NCBI GenBank assembly: GCA_010093995.1
Contig: ML992509.1
Span: forward strand, 342,894 to 406,893
Reading direction: 5' to 3'
DNA: 64,000 nucleotides
From: Elsinoe ampelina
Taxonomy: Eukaryota
Each line of letters starts with the position of its first letter. Within the stretch, counting starts at the first letter, position 1. The notes beneath the pieces are model-generated. The model saw only the letters and a list, made by a program, of their open reading frames with translations, searched no databases and was not told the DNA's origin. Positions 43,781 through 55,879 of this stretch are shown here, in pieces. Both the position numbers and the translations under genes were made by a program.

Positions 43781-46585
43781 ATGGCGTTCAAGGCAGATGT
43801 AAGGACGACTTTTGAACCTCGCCACGTCATATCACCTATTTACACAGGAGGGAGCGTGGCGCTCAGCCAGGATGGTAGAGTTTTGGCAACCTGCCTGGGG
43901 GAAGAGGTCCTGCTCAGCGACCTGAATACTGGTGAGCACCTTGCTCGTATAGAAGGCGATGGAGATATCGTCACGACCCTGGCTCTGGCTCCAGATGCAT
44001 CGTACCTGGCTGTATGCTCTCGAACTCTGCTCATGAGAATCTTCTCTCTCTCGCCGTCCGACACAGAAGATGGCAAACTGGATGTACAACTTGTGAGGAG
44101 TCTCAAGCCACACACTGCTCCGGTAGTAGTGTCCGCGGTCGATCCCACTGGTACACTACTCGCCACTGGTGGTGCAGATGGTGTGGTGAAGGTCTGGGAC
44201 ATCCGGAGAGGATTCACTACGCATACGCTTCATGGTCATAGTGGCGTTGTGTCCGCTCTGCACTTCTTCCGAGTCGCTGTCGACCAGACTGCGGCACGTT
44301 CGAACAGCCGCAAGCGAAAATCCCGCAAGGATGAGGATGTAGAAATGCTGGACGAGTCTTCTGTTGCTACTGCTGGATTCAGACTTGCGTCTGGAGGCGA
44401 GGATGGCAAGGTCAGGATTTGGGACTTGCACAAACGCAAGAGTATCGTCATCCTCGACTCGCACGTCTCGGTTGTCAGGTCACTGAACTACAGTGAGTCA
44501 AAGCAACTGCTCCTGTCGGCAAGCAGGGATCAAACGGTCATTGCATGGGATGCAGCTACCTGGCAACAAGCTGCTACTATTCCTGTTCTGGAGACTGTCG
44601 AGGTTGCAGCGTTCATTGATGATGGTGACTACTTCTTCACTGCTGGTGAGAGTGCTCGGCTGCGGATCTGGAATGCGAATGGTGAAGAAGTCACAATCGA
44701 GCAGGAAGCTGGTGTAGAGACAGAGGCAATTCTGGATGTCTTGCATCACCCTGGACTACCTTTCCTCCTATCTGTACATGCGGATCAGACTCTACTCATT
44801 CGATCGACACAACCACTATCAAAGTCGAGAGATGCGGACACACTGGAGCCTCTCCCGATTATTCGCCGTATATCTGGCACTCACGACGAGGTGATCGATC
44901 TTGCTTGGATTGGATTGGATAACTCGATGATGGCATTGGCGACGAATTCTGAAGATCTGCGGTTGATCAACATGGGAAGCGGTATCGATTCGCAACCCTT
45001 CGGTGCGGACGCAGCACTTTTAAAAGGACACGAAGATATCATAATCACCATCGACACAGACTGGTCAGGACACTGGCTCGCAACAGGAGCCAAGGACAAC
45101 ACAGCTCGATTATGGAGACTAGATCCGGACAATGATGAGTTTGAATGCTACGAGATCTTCACCGGACACGCAGAGTCGATCAGTGCTGTTGCATTGCCAA
45201 ACGCTGTTCCTGCTCAAGGATCGCCCGCGCGGACAAGTCCGTTGAGTTACCCACCAAGTTTCTTGATCACTGGAAGTCAGGACAAAACAGTGAAGAAATG
45301 GGACATTGCCACAGGACAGCGGAAGGGCAGCAAGACCACAAAGGCTGCATACACTCGAAAGGCACATGACAAGGAGATGAACGCGATTGATGTTGCCCAC
45401 TCCTCTACCATGTTTGCGTCTGCTTCACAGGATCGGACAGTCAAGATCTGGGATGTCGAGTCAGGCGAATCGATCGGCGTACTAAGAGGCCACAAAAGAG
45501 GTGTGTGGACAATCGCCTTTGCGCCTCCATCAATACCCACAATTTCCGGAGAGAGCGGCACGAGCAGCGGCAACCGCGGCATGGTAGTCACTGGCAGCGG
45601 TGACAAGACTGTCAGGATCTGGAGCTTGAACGACTTCAGCTGTCTGCGCACGTTCGAAGGTCACACGAACAGTGTTCTGAAGGTCGTCTGGCTGCCACAT
45701 GACAAGGACACAACCAAGAAGCGGCACAACAGAGGACCTCAAGTGGCAAGTGCCGCGGGTGACGGGCTCGTCAAAGTGTGGGATGCGCAAGGAGGCGAGT
45801 GCGATGCCACGCTCGACAACCATATCGATCGAGTGTGGGCGCTCGCTGTCAAGCCAACCGATCGTGAGCCGAAGTACGGCAAGGCGACGAATGGTAACGC
45901 CGATGGGAAAGACGACGACGGAGATGACTCGGCTGTAGAGATCGTTTCCGGGTCTGCAGATTCAACAATCACCTTCTGGAAGGATACAACAGCAGAAACA
46001 GCAAAGGTGTCTGCAACTCGGGCGACAGCACGGATTGAGCAGGATCAAGAGCTTCAGAACTATATCCACGATCAGAACTACAGGGAGGCAATCGTGCTGG
46101 CCTTACAACTGAATCATCCCAAGCGACTGCTGCAGCTCTTCACCACAGTGAACGACTCACCTACCAGAGATGATGAGAGTTTGACAGGAAGCAAGGGCGT
46201 AGACGAGGTGCTTGGGTCCCTTAGCGACGAGCAATTGTGGCGGCTTCTACTGCGAATACGGGACTGGAACTCCAATTCGAGAACAGCGCGAGTGGCCCAA
46301 CGCATCATGCATGCGCTATTCCGACTTTACCCAAAAGACAAGTTTGTGCAACTACGCAAGAAACGACAGCCCAGGTCCGACCTGGCCGGGAATCTGGCCG
46401 ACTTGTCCCTCGATGGTGACACGAAGCCAGCGGGAAAGAGCGAGAGTATCAAGGATGTCCTTGACGGACTCAAGGCTTACACTGACAAACACTATGCAAG
46501 GCTAGAGAAGATGGCTGAAGAGCGATACGTTTTGATGTGGACCTTGCAGATGATGGACGAGACGAGTGCTGTGAACGGGGTGTGA
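43781..46585 (+). CDS. UTP13: U3 snoRNA-associated protein Utp13 (WD40, TBL3)
   Basis: PIYTGG N-terminus, many WD repeats, C-terminal Utp13 domain (EQDQELQNY..ALQLNHPKRL..RDWNSNSR). Confidence 0.92.
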   Translation: MAFKADVRTTFEPRHVISPIYTGGSVALSQDGRVLATCLGEEVLLSDLNTGEHLARIEGDGDIVTTLALAPDASYLAVCSRTLLMRIFSLSPSDTEDGKLDVQLVRSLKPHTAPVVVSAVDPTGTLLATGGADGVVKVWDIRRGFTTHTLHGHSGVVSALHFFRVAVDQTAARSNSRKRKSRKDEDVEMLDESSVATAGFRLASGGEDGKVRIWDLHKRKSIVILDSHVSVVRSLNYSESKQLLLSASRDQTVIAWDAATWQQAATIPVLETVEVAAFIDDGDYFFTAGESARLRIWNANGEEVTIEQEAGVETEAILDVLHHPGLPFLLSVHADQTLLIRSTQPLSKSRDADTLEPLPIIRRISGTHDEVIDLAWIGLDNSMMALATNSEDLRLINMGSGIDSQPFGADAALLKGHEDIIITIDTDWSGHWLATGAKDNTARLWRLDPDNDEFECYEIFTGHAESISAVALPNAVPAQGSPARTSPLSYPPSFLITGSQDKTVKKWDIATGQRKGSKTTKAAYTRKAHDKEMNAIDVAHSSTMFASASQDRTVKIWDVESGESIGVLRGHKRGVWTIAFAPPSIPTISGESGTSSGNRGMVVTGSGDKTVRIWSLNDFSCLRTFEGHTNSVLKVVWLPHDKDTTKKRHNRGPQVASAAGDGLVKVWDAQGGECDATLDNHIDRVWALAVKPTDREPKYGKATNGNADGKDDDGDDSAVEIVSGSADSTITFWKDTTAETAKVSATRATARIEQDQELQNYIHDQNYREAIVLALQLNHPKRLLQLFTTVNDSPTRDDESLTGSKGVDEVLGSLSDEQLWRLLLRIRDWNSNSRTARVAQRIMHALFRLYPKDKFVQLRKKRQPRSDLAGNLADLSLDGDTKPAGKSESIKDVLDGLKAYTDKHYARLEKMAEERYVLMWTLQMMDETSAVNGV

Positions 46586-47278
46586 AATGTCATGTGCACA
46601 TATCTGAAGCATTTATAAATCATGAGATACCCCAAGAATATTCCAATATAATTTGAAATGCACCTCGGAGTGCAAATGCCGGGAACTCTCGAGGCTCCTG
46701 GGTTGGACATGGTTCTGTACGACACCGACTTTCGCCTCCCCAAACAAATCCTTCCCTTCTTCACCTTGTCACTTTCCGCATCAACCCTGTCACAAGATCA
46801 GTCTTGTCCTTCCCAAATGCCGTATCTGGACCTTTCCCGTCATCCCCCTCGTCCCAATTCGTGTGCCTTGCATCATGTAGACGCATGTCTAGTGCGATTG
46901 TAAGGATACGCGCCCGCTGACATGGATCCCCTTGCTTCCCTTTTTGTCTCCACCTCAGCGTATCACAAGTGACCAATGCCCGAATTGCAGGAAAAGACAG
47001 CATCGACCTGCATTTTAGTGTCGATCTTGTTCGGCTATCGACTGCCTTGTTCGACCCTGGGTCGTTCTGCGGTGAACACATGCTACCGGCGCAGCAAGGT
47101 ACGAGGAGAAGCGGGCATCGCTGTCGAGGTCTGACTTCTTCACTTTCTCACATGTCAAAGACACGACTCGCGTTGATCTTCTCACTTGCCTCATGCTCGC
47201 TCGGGACGAAGCTGAAAAACTTGCGTCCCTACCACACATCTCGAACCACTAACCCCGTCTACCACCTCAACAACTACC

Positions 47279-48591
47279 ATGCGTATAGCTCCCCCTGAGG
47301 TGCTCGTCACCTTTCCCAAGGGCGACTTTGAGAATCCTCGCCTCATGGGACCGGCTCTTGTCATCGTCAATGCTATCTTCATGGCACTCACGACCGTGGC
47401 GGTCGCTTTGCGGGTCTACCCCCGCGCGATCACGAAGCGCCAATTCGGCAAGGACGACACCTTTATAGTCATTGCACTGGTATGTGGCCTCTTCATCACC
47501 CTCTGCGATAGTACAATGACACATATAGTTCTTCGCCATCGCCCTCGGCATCAACTCGATAGTCGCCAACCAATTCTACGGCTGGGACCGCCACATCTGG
47601 GACCTACCCTTCAGCATGTATCCACCCTCCCTCATCACCGCCATGACAGGCAAGATCCTGTTCTCACTTGCCGCGACCTTCACTCGAATGAGCCTTATCT
47701 TCTTCTACTTCCGACTCATCCACGACGCCCACCTCAAGTGGTTCCGCTGGATCCTCCACGCAAGCCAAGCCTGGACCATAGCAGTGGGAATCACCTTTGT
47801 CTTCCTCTCCATCTTCATCTGCATGTATGTCTTCCTCCTTCCCTCTCCCTTGATCCCTAAACTCACCCCTCACAGCCCAGTCCAAGCCTACTGGACCTTT
47901 CCCCCTCTTCCCACCCAACAATGCCTCGACGAAGGCCTCGTGACCCTCGTCGCGGGCATCATCAACTCTCTCACCGACCTCTTCATCACCCTCCTCCCCA
48001 TCCCACTCATCATGCGCCTCAAGCTCCCCGTGCGCCAACGTCTGGGCGTCCTCGTCCTGCTCTGCCTCGGAATCGTGGTAACAGCAGCCGGCGTGGTGCG
48101 CACGTACTACATCTACAAATCCCTCATCGCGAGCTGGGATGTCACGTGGTACGCATTCTACTTATGGATCGCGGCCTGTGTGGAAATCGATCTGGCCGTC
48201 GTGAGTTCTGCCCTCCTCCTCTCCTCTCCTCCTCCTCACCTCCTCCACTTCACTCTTATCCCCAAAAACCCTATACCCCCTTGTGGTGTGGGTTAGTCAC
48301 TGATGGGTCTAGATCTGCGCCTGCGCCCCAGCGCTCAAACCCCTCTTCTCCCACCTCGCGACGTCACTCTCGTCCAGCCTCTCCTCCATCGTCTCCCCTC
48401 GTCCCGCCAGCCCTTCGTCGGACGGGACGTACGCCATCTCAAAGGAGAACCTGACCCACTGCGAAGGAGGATGGCGGCCACCTAGACCCATGCGCAAGAA
48501 AAAGGGGTCGGGGCTGGGCGACTCGAGGCTGAGTACGTTTGGGACGTGGCTGGGGCGCCCGGAGGGAGCGGGGGAGGACGAAAGGGTTTAG
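47279..48591 (+). CDS. PTH11-like (fungal rhodopsin-domain) integral membrane protein lacking CFEM
   Basis: Introns 47480-47528, 47825-47875 and 48201-48312. Motifs VALRVY..FGKDD, YGWDRHIWD, TDLFITLLPIPLIMRLKLP and EIDLAVICACAPALKPLF. The 3' end is uncertain; a +1 frame runs on to 48700. Confidence 0.85.
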
Positions 48592-48879
48592 ATGGGAGGA
48601 GGAGATTGAGTTGGTCAGGGAGACGGTGGTGAGTGAGGGGGTGAGGGAGGATGATTCGGTCATGTATATCGGGCCCGGGAAGGCGCAGGGGATGATCTGA
48701 TGTATTGCCGACGGGGCTCGAGGGGAATGGCGGGGCGGTATGTCAACCACCAGAGCGAGGAAACATGTGGTGACGGAATGTATTCTGCTACCAGCGGTGA
48801 TCGCTAGCGTAGTGCGTGGTATCTAGACACGAGTGTCGATCGTAAAGTCATTACAAAGCCCTCTTACCGCTGCGCCCTT

Positions 48880-49983
48880 TCAGTAGTCCAAGACAAAGTC
48901 CTCGCAGGCCAATTTCTCCAGCTCTTCGTCGATCCAGTTCCTCTCCCTGTCGTCTGCTTCAAGATCGGGTGAGACGGGCTTGACCACATCCTCTAGCTTC
49001 CTGCCCTTGGCCTCTTCCTTCTTTGGCGCCACTTTCAACACTGGTGCTCTGTGGGCATTGCTCAGAGGAGCTCGCTTCGTCGCGCTCACTTGTCTCCCCC
49101 GCGAGTATCCCATTGTGGTCTTGCTCGCTGCCTTGGCGGTCATGAAGCGGTCATTGACGTTCTCCTTACCCTGGCCTGTAGCCTCAGCACGCATCCTCGT
49201 GCTCTTGGTCGGAGCTGCGAAGCTTGGGACCTTTCTGTCTTGCAGGCCGCCGAGCATGCTTGCTGCAGATTTGGCGTTCATAGTGCTCACACCCTTTCGC
49301 TCGCGCTCCTTCTTGGCTAGCATCAGATCTCTCAATTCCGCTTGGTCTGGATCCTCAAGGTTGAGTAGCTCGAGCCCTACGTCGCCCTCCAAAGCTTCGT
49401 TGACTCTGTCCTCGACGCTTTTCATCATCTCCCTACGTCTATCCGCATCCTGTCGGTACTCCATATCGCCCCATCCTGGCCGTGCCAACGTACTCTTGAT
49501 GATGTTCTCCTGCGTGAACATGCCACTCTGGATCAGCTCCTCAAAGTCTTCTGGACCATGCTCCAAAGGTGGTGTCACATTCCTTGGGTGGGGACAATAC
49601 TCCACGTCCGGGACCTCAGCATCAGGGTCGATCTCCTTGGCTTCAGGGCTCGGCGCGTGGATGCGTACTTTTGTGCGTTTCAGGCGCGGTGAGATCTTCT
49701 GCGTTGATGCTGGGATGGGCTTGGCCTTTCCTCCAGCTGGTGCAGGGGTCTGAAGGGCTTTGGCGTTTGTAGTCTTTGCACCGAGGACCGGACGGACCTT
49801 GGTCGTTGCAGGCGTTGTGAAGAGGGCGGTTGGCTTGCCTAAGGTAGCTTTTGTGGGAAGTACTGCGTTCTCATCATGTCGAGCGCGGAAGGGGGTTTTG
49901 GGATGGGCGTTGAGAGGTTTTGCTGCGGCGGCGGTGAGGTGGGTGTGGGTAAGATTTTCTTGGTTGTGTCGCGATGATAACAT
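48880..49983 (-). CDS. Probable securin (Pds1/Cut2-like separase inhibitor)
   Basis: Basic, disordered N-half with D-box-like RPVLGAKTTN, pseudosubstrate-like DVEYCP, later KEN and RAPL motifs, and an acidic-aromatic C-terminus. Confidence 0.6.
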   Translation of the reverse strand: MLSSRHNQENLTHTHLTAAAAKPLNAHPKTPFRARHDENAVLPTKATLGKPTALFTTPATTKVRPVLGAKTTNAKALQTPAPAGGKAKPIPASTQKISPRLKRTKVRIHAPSPEAKEIDPDAEVPDVEYCPHPRNVTPPLEHGPEDFEELIQSGMFTQENIIKSTLARPGWGDMEYRQDADRRREMMKSVEDRVNEALEGDVGLELLNLEDPDQAELRDLMLAKKERERKGVSTMNAKSAASMLGGLQDRKVPSFAAPTKSTRMRAEATGQGKENVNDRFMTAKAASKTTMGYSRGRQVSATKRAPLSNAHRAPVLKVAPKKEEAKGRKLEDVVKPVSPDLEADDRERNWIDEELEKLACEDFVLDY

Positions 49984-50105
49984 TGTTGCTTTTGTGAGAG
50001 ATGAATCGAATGGATGGCGTTACATTGATGCTTCTTCTTCGTCGTGTCGATAATGCAGAGATGAGGTCGTGGTGGGTTTGTTGACGCCTCGTCGCGGAAG
50101 CAACC

Positions 50106-50111
50106 ACGCGT
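50106..50111. promoter_or_regulatory. MCB element (ACGCGT) upstream of the putative securin
   Basis: Perfect ACGCGT about 120 bp upstream of the ATG at 49983, in the securin/tropomyosin divergent gap. Confidence 0.4.
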
Positions 50112-50314
50112 GACTTGTTCAAAGTTGAACCCTGACGAGGCAGTTGCGGCTCCGCTCCAAGCACCACGTTGACAGGCTGGAGTTATTCCACTGCCTTGCA
50201 CAATCACTCTCACCATAACGATCAATCGCATTCGAATTCATCTCGACTACCTGTACATAAACTCAAACTATCGACCGTTGATCATCAAAAACAAATTCGA
50301 ATACTTCTGCAGCC

Positions 50315-50950
50315 ATGGATCAGATCAAAAAGGTACGGCGAAACGAAACAGTGCCTGCCCATCACCGACTGGGCGTGGGCGGCCACCAAATGGGCCACAT
50401 CGACTTGACAAAAGCTGACTGCAATACAGCGCATGGAGGCTCTCCGCCTCGAAGCCGATGAGTCTTCCGCCAAAGCGGAGGAGCTGTCCGCCAAGGTGAA
50501 GCAGCTCGAGCAGGAGAATCTGGCCAAAGAGCAGGAAATCACATCGTTGTCGCACAAGAATCAGGTTCTAGAGCAGGAGCTCGAGAAGCTTGAGGGAGGC
50601 CTGAAGGATGCAAAGGCCGCTGCGGATGAGAGCGCTCAGCACGGTACCCAAGCAGAGTCACTGCAGAGGAGACTGCAAGTGCTCGAGGAGGAAGCAGAGG
50701 AAGCGGATAAGAAACTCAGAGAGACGACCGAGAAGTAAGTACACTGGTCATCGTGATTGTAGCATAATGATGCTGATATCCTGGTAGCCTGAGGCAAACG
50801 GACGTCAAAGCGGGCCACTTTGAGCGCAAGGTGCAAGCTCTGGAGGAGGACCGCAACTCGTGGGAGACCAAGTATGAGGAGATGGCGAAGAAGTACACCG
50901 AGACGAAGAAGGAGCTCGACGACTTTGTTGCTGAGATTGGTAACATCTAA
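50315..50950 (+). CDS. TPM1: Tropomyosin
   Basis: Introns 50333-50429 and 50735-50787. Coiled coil MDQIKKRMEALRLEAD..LQRRLQVLEEEAE..DVKAGHFERKVQALE. Confidence 0.93.
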
Positions 50951-51150
50951 GCATTTTGATGCGAGGTGATTCCCCTACCACATCAGTCACAAGAGCATAC
51001 ACAGCAACCTAACAAGACACACGACTTGTATCCCAGCCGCAGTCAACATCTAGATCTCTGTCGACTTTTCACCCCTTCGACTACCCACATCACGATACCA
51101 CAAATCAATCAATGAATAAGACATGGTCATTCACATTGTGTACAGGGGTA

Positions 51151-51868
51151 TCATTTGCCTTTCCTGGCTTTTGCAGCAGCGCTGTTCTTGAGCTTCTGTT
51201 TCTTCCGTTCCGTCCTTCGCTCCACCTTTGACTCGTACCTGAAGTCACGCTTCTTTTTCTTCTTCGTCTTGTCGTTGAGAGGTCTCTTCTTGGTCCAGGA
51301 CTTCTTGCCAGACTTTTGATCTACGGTACCCTCCTCATCCTCTGGCTTCTCATCTCCTTCAGCCTCCTCCTCGCCGCTTTCATAGTCTCGTATATCGTCC
51401 AGCTCCTTGACCACCACGGTAGTGTATTTGTCCTCATCCACATACTCATCCTGCCCGCTTACAGCTGGTGCATCCCCGAACCCCTCAAACACCTCTGCCT
51501 CCTCGTCTTGCTCCCCGTTCTGCTCCGTATCTGCGCCAGCCTGATTGTCTGAATCTGCCTGAGCTCTCATAAAAGCATTGACCTGCTCAACGCGCTCCTC
51601 AGCCTCCCTCTTCCGCTGTTCTCGAAGCTGTACTTGTTAGACCTGTCCTCGACCATGTCCTGTGCCAGTCGTCTGTGCATACCTCTCGCCGATTGACAAT
51701 CTTCTCTTCACGATCTTTCTTCTGCGCTATTTCTCGAGCATGATTTGCCCGCTGCACCTTCCGCTTGTGATATCCTGTGAGGTATTCCTGCCTAGCATCT
51801 GGGTCGAACGTGACTTGCTCGACCGGTTCGACCTTGCGCCGTTTCGGTGGAGGCGCTGTGTTCTTCAT
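51151..51868 (-). CDS. RRP17: Ribosomal RNA-processing protein 17 (Nop25 domain)
   Basis: Intron 51628-51682. VTFDPDARQEYLTGYHKRKVQR and C-terminal KKKRDFRYESKVERR. Confidence 0.88.
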
Positions 51869-52076
51869 ATGTTTCTGCAAAGTTGCCACTGATTTCTGTT
51901 ATATGCTGCTCCGTTTGCGAGCCCACCAGTCTTATCGTGATCGCAAGTGGTCCTCCACATGCAGCAAAAAGTGACGACCACCAGCTTTCACCGCCCGGCA
52001 TTATTTGTCGCCGACTCCGACGCAACCTCATCACAGCTTCGACTCGGAAGATCATAGCCTCATCCACCACACAATC

Positions 52077-53141
52077 ATGCGTATGTCCTCAATCTCGGCG
52101 CTGAGCGCGTTCGCCTCAGTCGCAATAGCATTCAGAGATACATCGCCCTTCGTACTGCTTTCAACGTCCTCGTAAGTCTCTCTCGTGCCTTCCGTTCTCT
52201 CCAATTCATCAATCAGCCTAGCTACCTCCCACATCTAAGCAGATAGCTGACCACCTCAAGCCTCCCTTCAACGTCTCACCTCTCGCCCAAAGAACACATC
52301 GCCACATCATCCCAAATCAGATCGCATCTTCAAGACTCTTTCACTTCCTGTCCAAGCACCAACATCGTCATCGCCTCCCTCTCCTCCGTCGACGCCTCGG
52401 ACTTCACAAAAGACAGCACACCCAGACTCGCCTCTCTCCTCTCCGGCACCAGAGGCATCAGCGGCCAAGCAGTCAACGATGTCGTCGGCACTCTCAGCAG
52501 CGCAGACATCGAAGACCTCGTCCACTCCGCCTGCCAAGGCTACACCACCACTAGAGTAGCGAACGGCGCACTGCCCTCCACGCAAGGCAAGCAAAGCAAG
52601 CAGATCATCGCCATCGATATCGGTCCCGTAGCGGGTGAGGGGTCATCGCGACTTCAACTTATCCAACGAAGCGATGCGTATCTCTCAGCTGTGCTCGAGG
52701 GATTGAATGGAGACTGGACACTTGTGTTGCGGACGACGCCACGATCACTTGCACCATGGGAGAAGCAGAGTGTGGACAAGGGAAAGTCAGGGCTGGTCAA
52801 TCAAGAAGGCAGGCTGTATGAGATGGACACATCTTTCGAAGGTACAACTGGGGATCACTGGAAGAGGGACATGCACGCTTATCCTAGGGCGGCAAATGCG
52901 TCGTCACAAGAGGGTGGGCTGTTCGAGAGGTACTCGTTTTTCAGTGATGGTGAGTCTTAGTCCTACTTCCTGAGACGAGGGATCCGTAGACTGACAAGTG
53001 ACAGGGATTTTCATGGGCGTGACAGTCTCATTGCTATTACTGATCATTCTCTACGTTGGCCTGAGTGCCGTGTCCGGTCTGGAAGTGTCATACATGGCAT
53101 TCAGCAAGGAAATGAACCCGGCGCAGAAGAAGGCGCAGTAA
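52077..53141 (+). CDS. V-ATPase assembly/S1-type (Voa1/Big1-like) type I membrane protein
   Basis: Signal peptide plus AFRDTSPF; introns 52172-52260 and 52950-53004; C-terminal GGLFERYSFFSDGIFMG-TM-LEVSYMAFSKEMNPAQKKAQ with dilysine ER motif. Not captured whole in the ORF track. Confidence 0.8.
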
Positions 53142-55879
53142 GCGGCAGGAGAGACGAATGAGAAGGGATGAAGGACAGGGAAAGACGACATGACGGTGAG
53201 TGTATAGTATTTGACATGGCACATAGCGCTAGTTCTTGGTCAATGGCAATATTCAACCAGCTCAAATATACATACCCTTTTGATGCACCGAGCTGTTGAC
53301 AAAGATTACCACGGGTATTTGCTGCTGGGATGCGACGTGATTCAAGAAACTTAGCATGTAATTGGCTATGAGCTGAGCAATATCATCGTCCACCTGCTAA
53401 AGCGTCAAGCAGTGCTGGTCTAGCTTCTTGCTTCTCTTCGTCTTCTCGGGATAAGTATGCAGAAGAGAGAGTGCCTCTACACTATTGACGTCGGGCCCGG
53501 AGTCACCTCCGACGGAATATCATTGGTCGGGTACACACCCTCCTCTCGGCCATCATAATTTCGACCGCCGCGTGTCTTACCTGCTTGGTCAAGGGGGCTC
53601 AAGAGAGTCTTCCCCAAGTGGGATCTTCTGGGCGATGAGAACGGCGGTTGAAAGTCTAAAAAAGGCATGCTCTACGGGTATGGTAGTCTTTGGCGGTGCG
53701 CTGAGAGAAGGTTTCATCGGGGAAGTGATGGGGCTTGGTACATGCACGGATCGTATGGCAGGGTGATCGTGCGACGGTGGGGATGGTGAGAATTGTCAGC
53801 AGATAATAAATCTGTGACGTGTTGGATATATCCATGTCAATGATGCCGCCCGATGCTCGTGTGCGTGTATGTTTGCTTGTACATGGGCATGTAAAACTGC
53901 GAGATGCACGAGTCAGTGGTTCGGATGGATTTCACATCCAAGGTCGACAGGGGCACTGCAATCGAATTGGGTTTTGCAACGGGACGAGTGATAATTTTAT
54001 GCTCATCCATAACGGGCGCGGGCTGGATGAACAGGATAGTGGTATCCGTCACACTGGTTCCGCCAGCGCGGATGAGAGTGCCGGACAAGACAACGGTGAG
54101 CCATCGTCGATTGTGCAGGTGATTCAGCACGGATGGATAGTTTGATGATGGAGTTCCTGCTTCGTAAGAGGCAGGAGCAATGGTGGACATGGGCATCAAG
54201 TCGGCAAAAATACCGTCCAGTGTTTCCATTCCTTCGCCTGACGGCGGGCTGCAGTGCCAGACACTGTTGATCAACATGTTTTCGGGGCATTTCTGGAGGC
54301 AAGAATCCGCTCCACGTTTCAAGGTCTGCCTAGTTGGGCAGATTCAGGTTGACGATTGTAGATCTTGCTGGTCTAGAACGCATCGGACTCCTTGGTACTG
54401 AACTCTGTCACTCTGTCAGACCGCCGGATTCCGACACAACTGCAGTGCTCCGTAGACTTCCAGGACGCTTTTGATAATGACAGCCAGTCCAACCACATGT
54501 GACATCTGCCACCGTCACATGGTGCCGCTTGGACATGGCATTCTTGCGGGACGCGGCAGATCGCCTGACGGGGAAGATCAAGAAAGGGATCTGCAAGACG
54601 ATGCTCCGGCCCACGCAGAGCCGCCCCGCGCGCCACAGATCTCGTCGCCCACACGACTGGTCACAGGACACTTTCAAAAGCAGAAAGAAAGCACGATAAG
54701 ACGCACGCAGATGTCCGAGGATGCACGGGCAAGTCCAAACGCCATCCCACCAATCGTCGTCCGTACAGAGTCGCTCGCTGCCTGGAATAATATCTCCTGT
54801 TTTCCATCATGCAGGGTCCTTTTGAACACGTTCACAACCGCTGCCGAGGCTAGATGTAGCGCTTGACCTGTCTTTCATCAGGATACGCTCGGCCACGGCT
54901 TTGCGCCGAGCCCTGATTGAAGTGGGACTTTATGACGAGCGCTGAGAAAGCTGAGAAAGCGAGGCCGGTCTAGACCTTGGCCATACTTTTGCAATATTGC
55001 TTGACGTTCAGGTAGACGCTGCTGAATATTGGATGCCGTCATGTAAGCATTGATGATTCCTCGTACTGTCGCCGGCCGTGAATTATGCAACGCCATATCG
55101 CTCGTTCAAGGGTGCCTTTTTCCACAAGTGCCTCCTTGATGAAGTGTGGTGGTAACTTAATAGCATTATTAGTGCAACAGCGGCACAGCTGAAAGCCAAC
55201 ACATTTTGTCCACGCCGTCAAAGACGTTTGACTGGCTTTTCCATCGCGTGAACCTATTCCCCTCCCCTCCGGACCACACAAGTTGACCATTATCCCCGAC
55301 CGAGGTGGTGTGCTCTGGACTCGCAGCTCCTGTAAATTCGGTACGACTCTAGACTTTGAACGAGAAAGGACATCACCTGGCACACCTATACCGCGACATG
55401 CGAAACACGACATTCTTCCAACACTCGAACCAACTCTTCCCGTCGCACTCGCAACAATCTGCTACCTGAAGCGGTTCCACTGTACAGACTTCTCCCAGGC
55501 GCAACACCAAGCCCACTAGACGCAACCCGCGGGGCGGCGATCACTTCCACGTCCTTCTGGCGCCTTTGCTTTGAGCCTTGAGGCCTCCCTCCCTGCGATC
55601 CCTGACTGGTTCACGGTTCATCTCTCCCACGCCGCGTGCCGAAGAACGAGCTGCTCCGCAAATCCATCGAACAACACCTGCCGCAATCCAAGATTCGCTG
55701 ACCACTGCATCTCCTCGTCCTACGTATCACTTCCCGGTTCTCTCACAAAATCCACCGCAGTCCTGTCGCCCATCCTGGAAGTCTCCCAATCTGTCGTAAC
55801 AGTCGTCGACAACGCTGGAAACCAGACCACCTCTTTCCATTTGCCAGACTGGATCTCACAATTACATAAGTCTGCCCAG

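Noticed and set aside
48541..48700. Apparent +1 frameshift at the PTH11-like 3' end (G-run near 48570)
   Set aside because: The in-frame stop at 48591 already follows all TM segments; the alternative tail cannot be distinguished from G-rich UTR without reads.
53477..54322. Minus-strand ORFs of 161 aa and 63 aa in the VOA1-histidine kinase gap
   Set aside because: No recognisable domain or convincing splice sites; cannot be supported without expression data.
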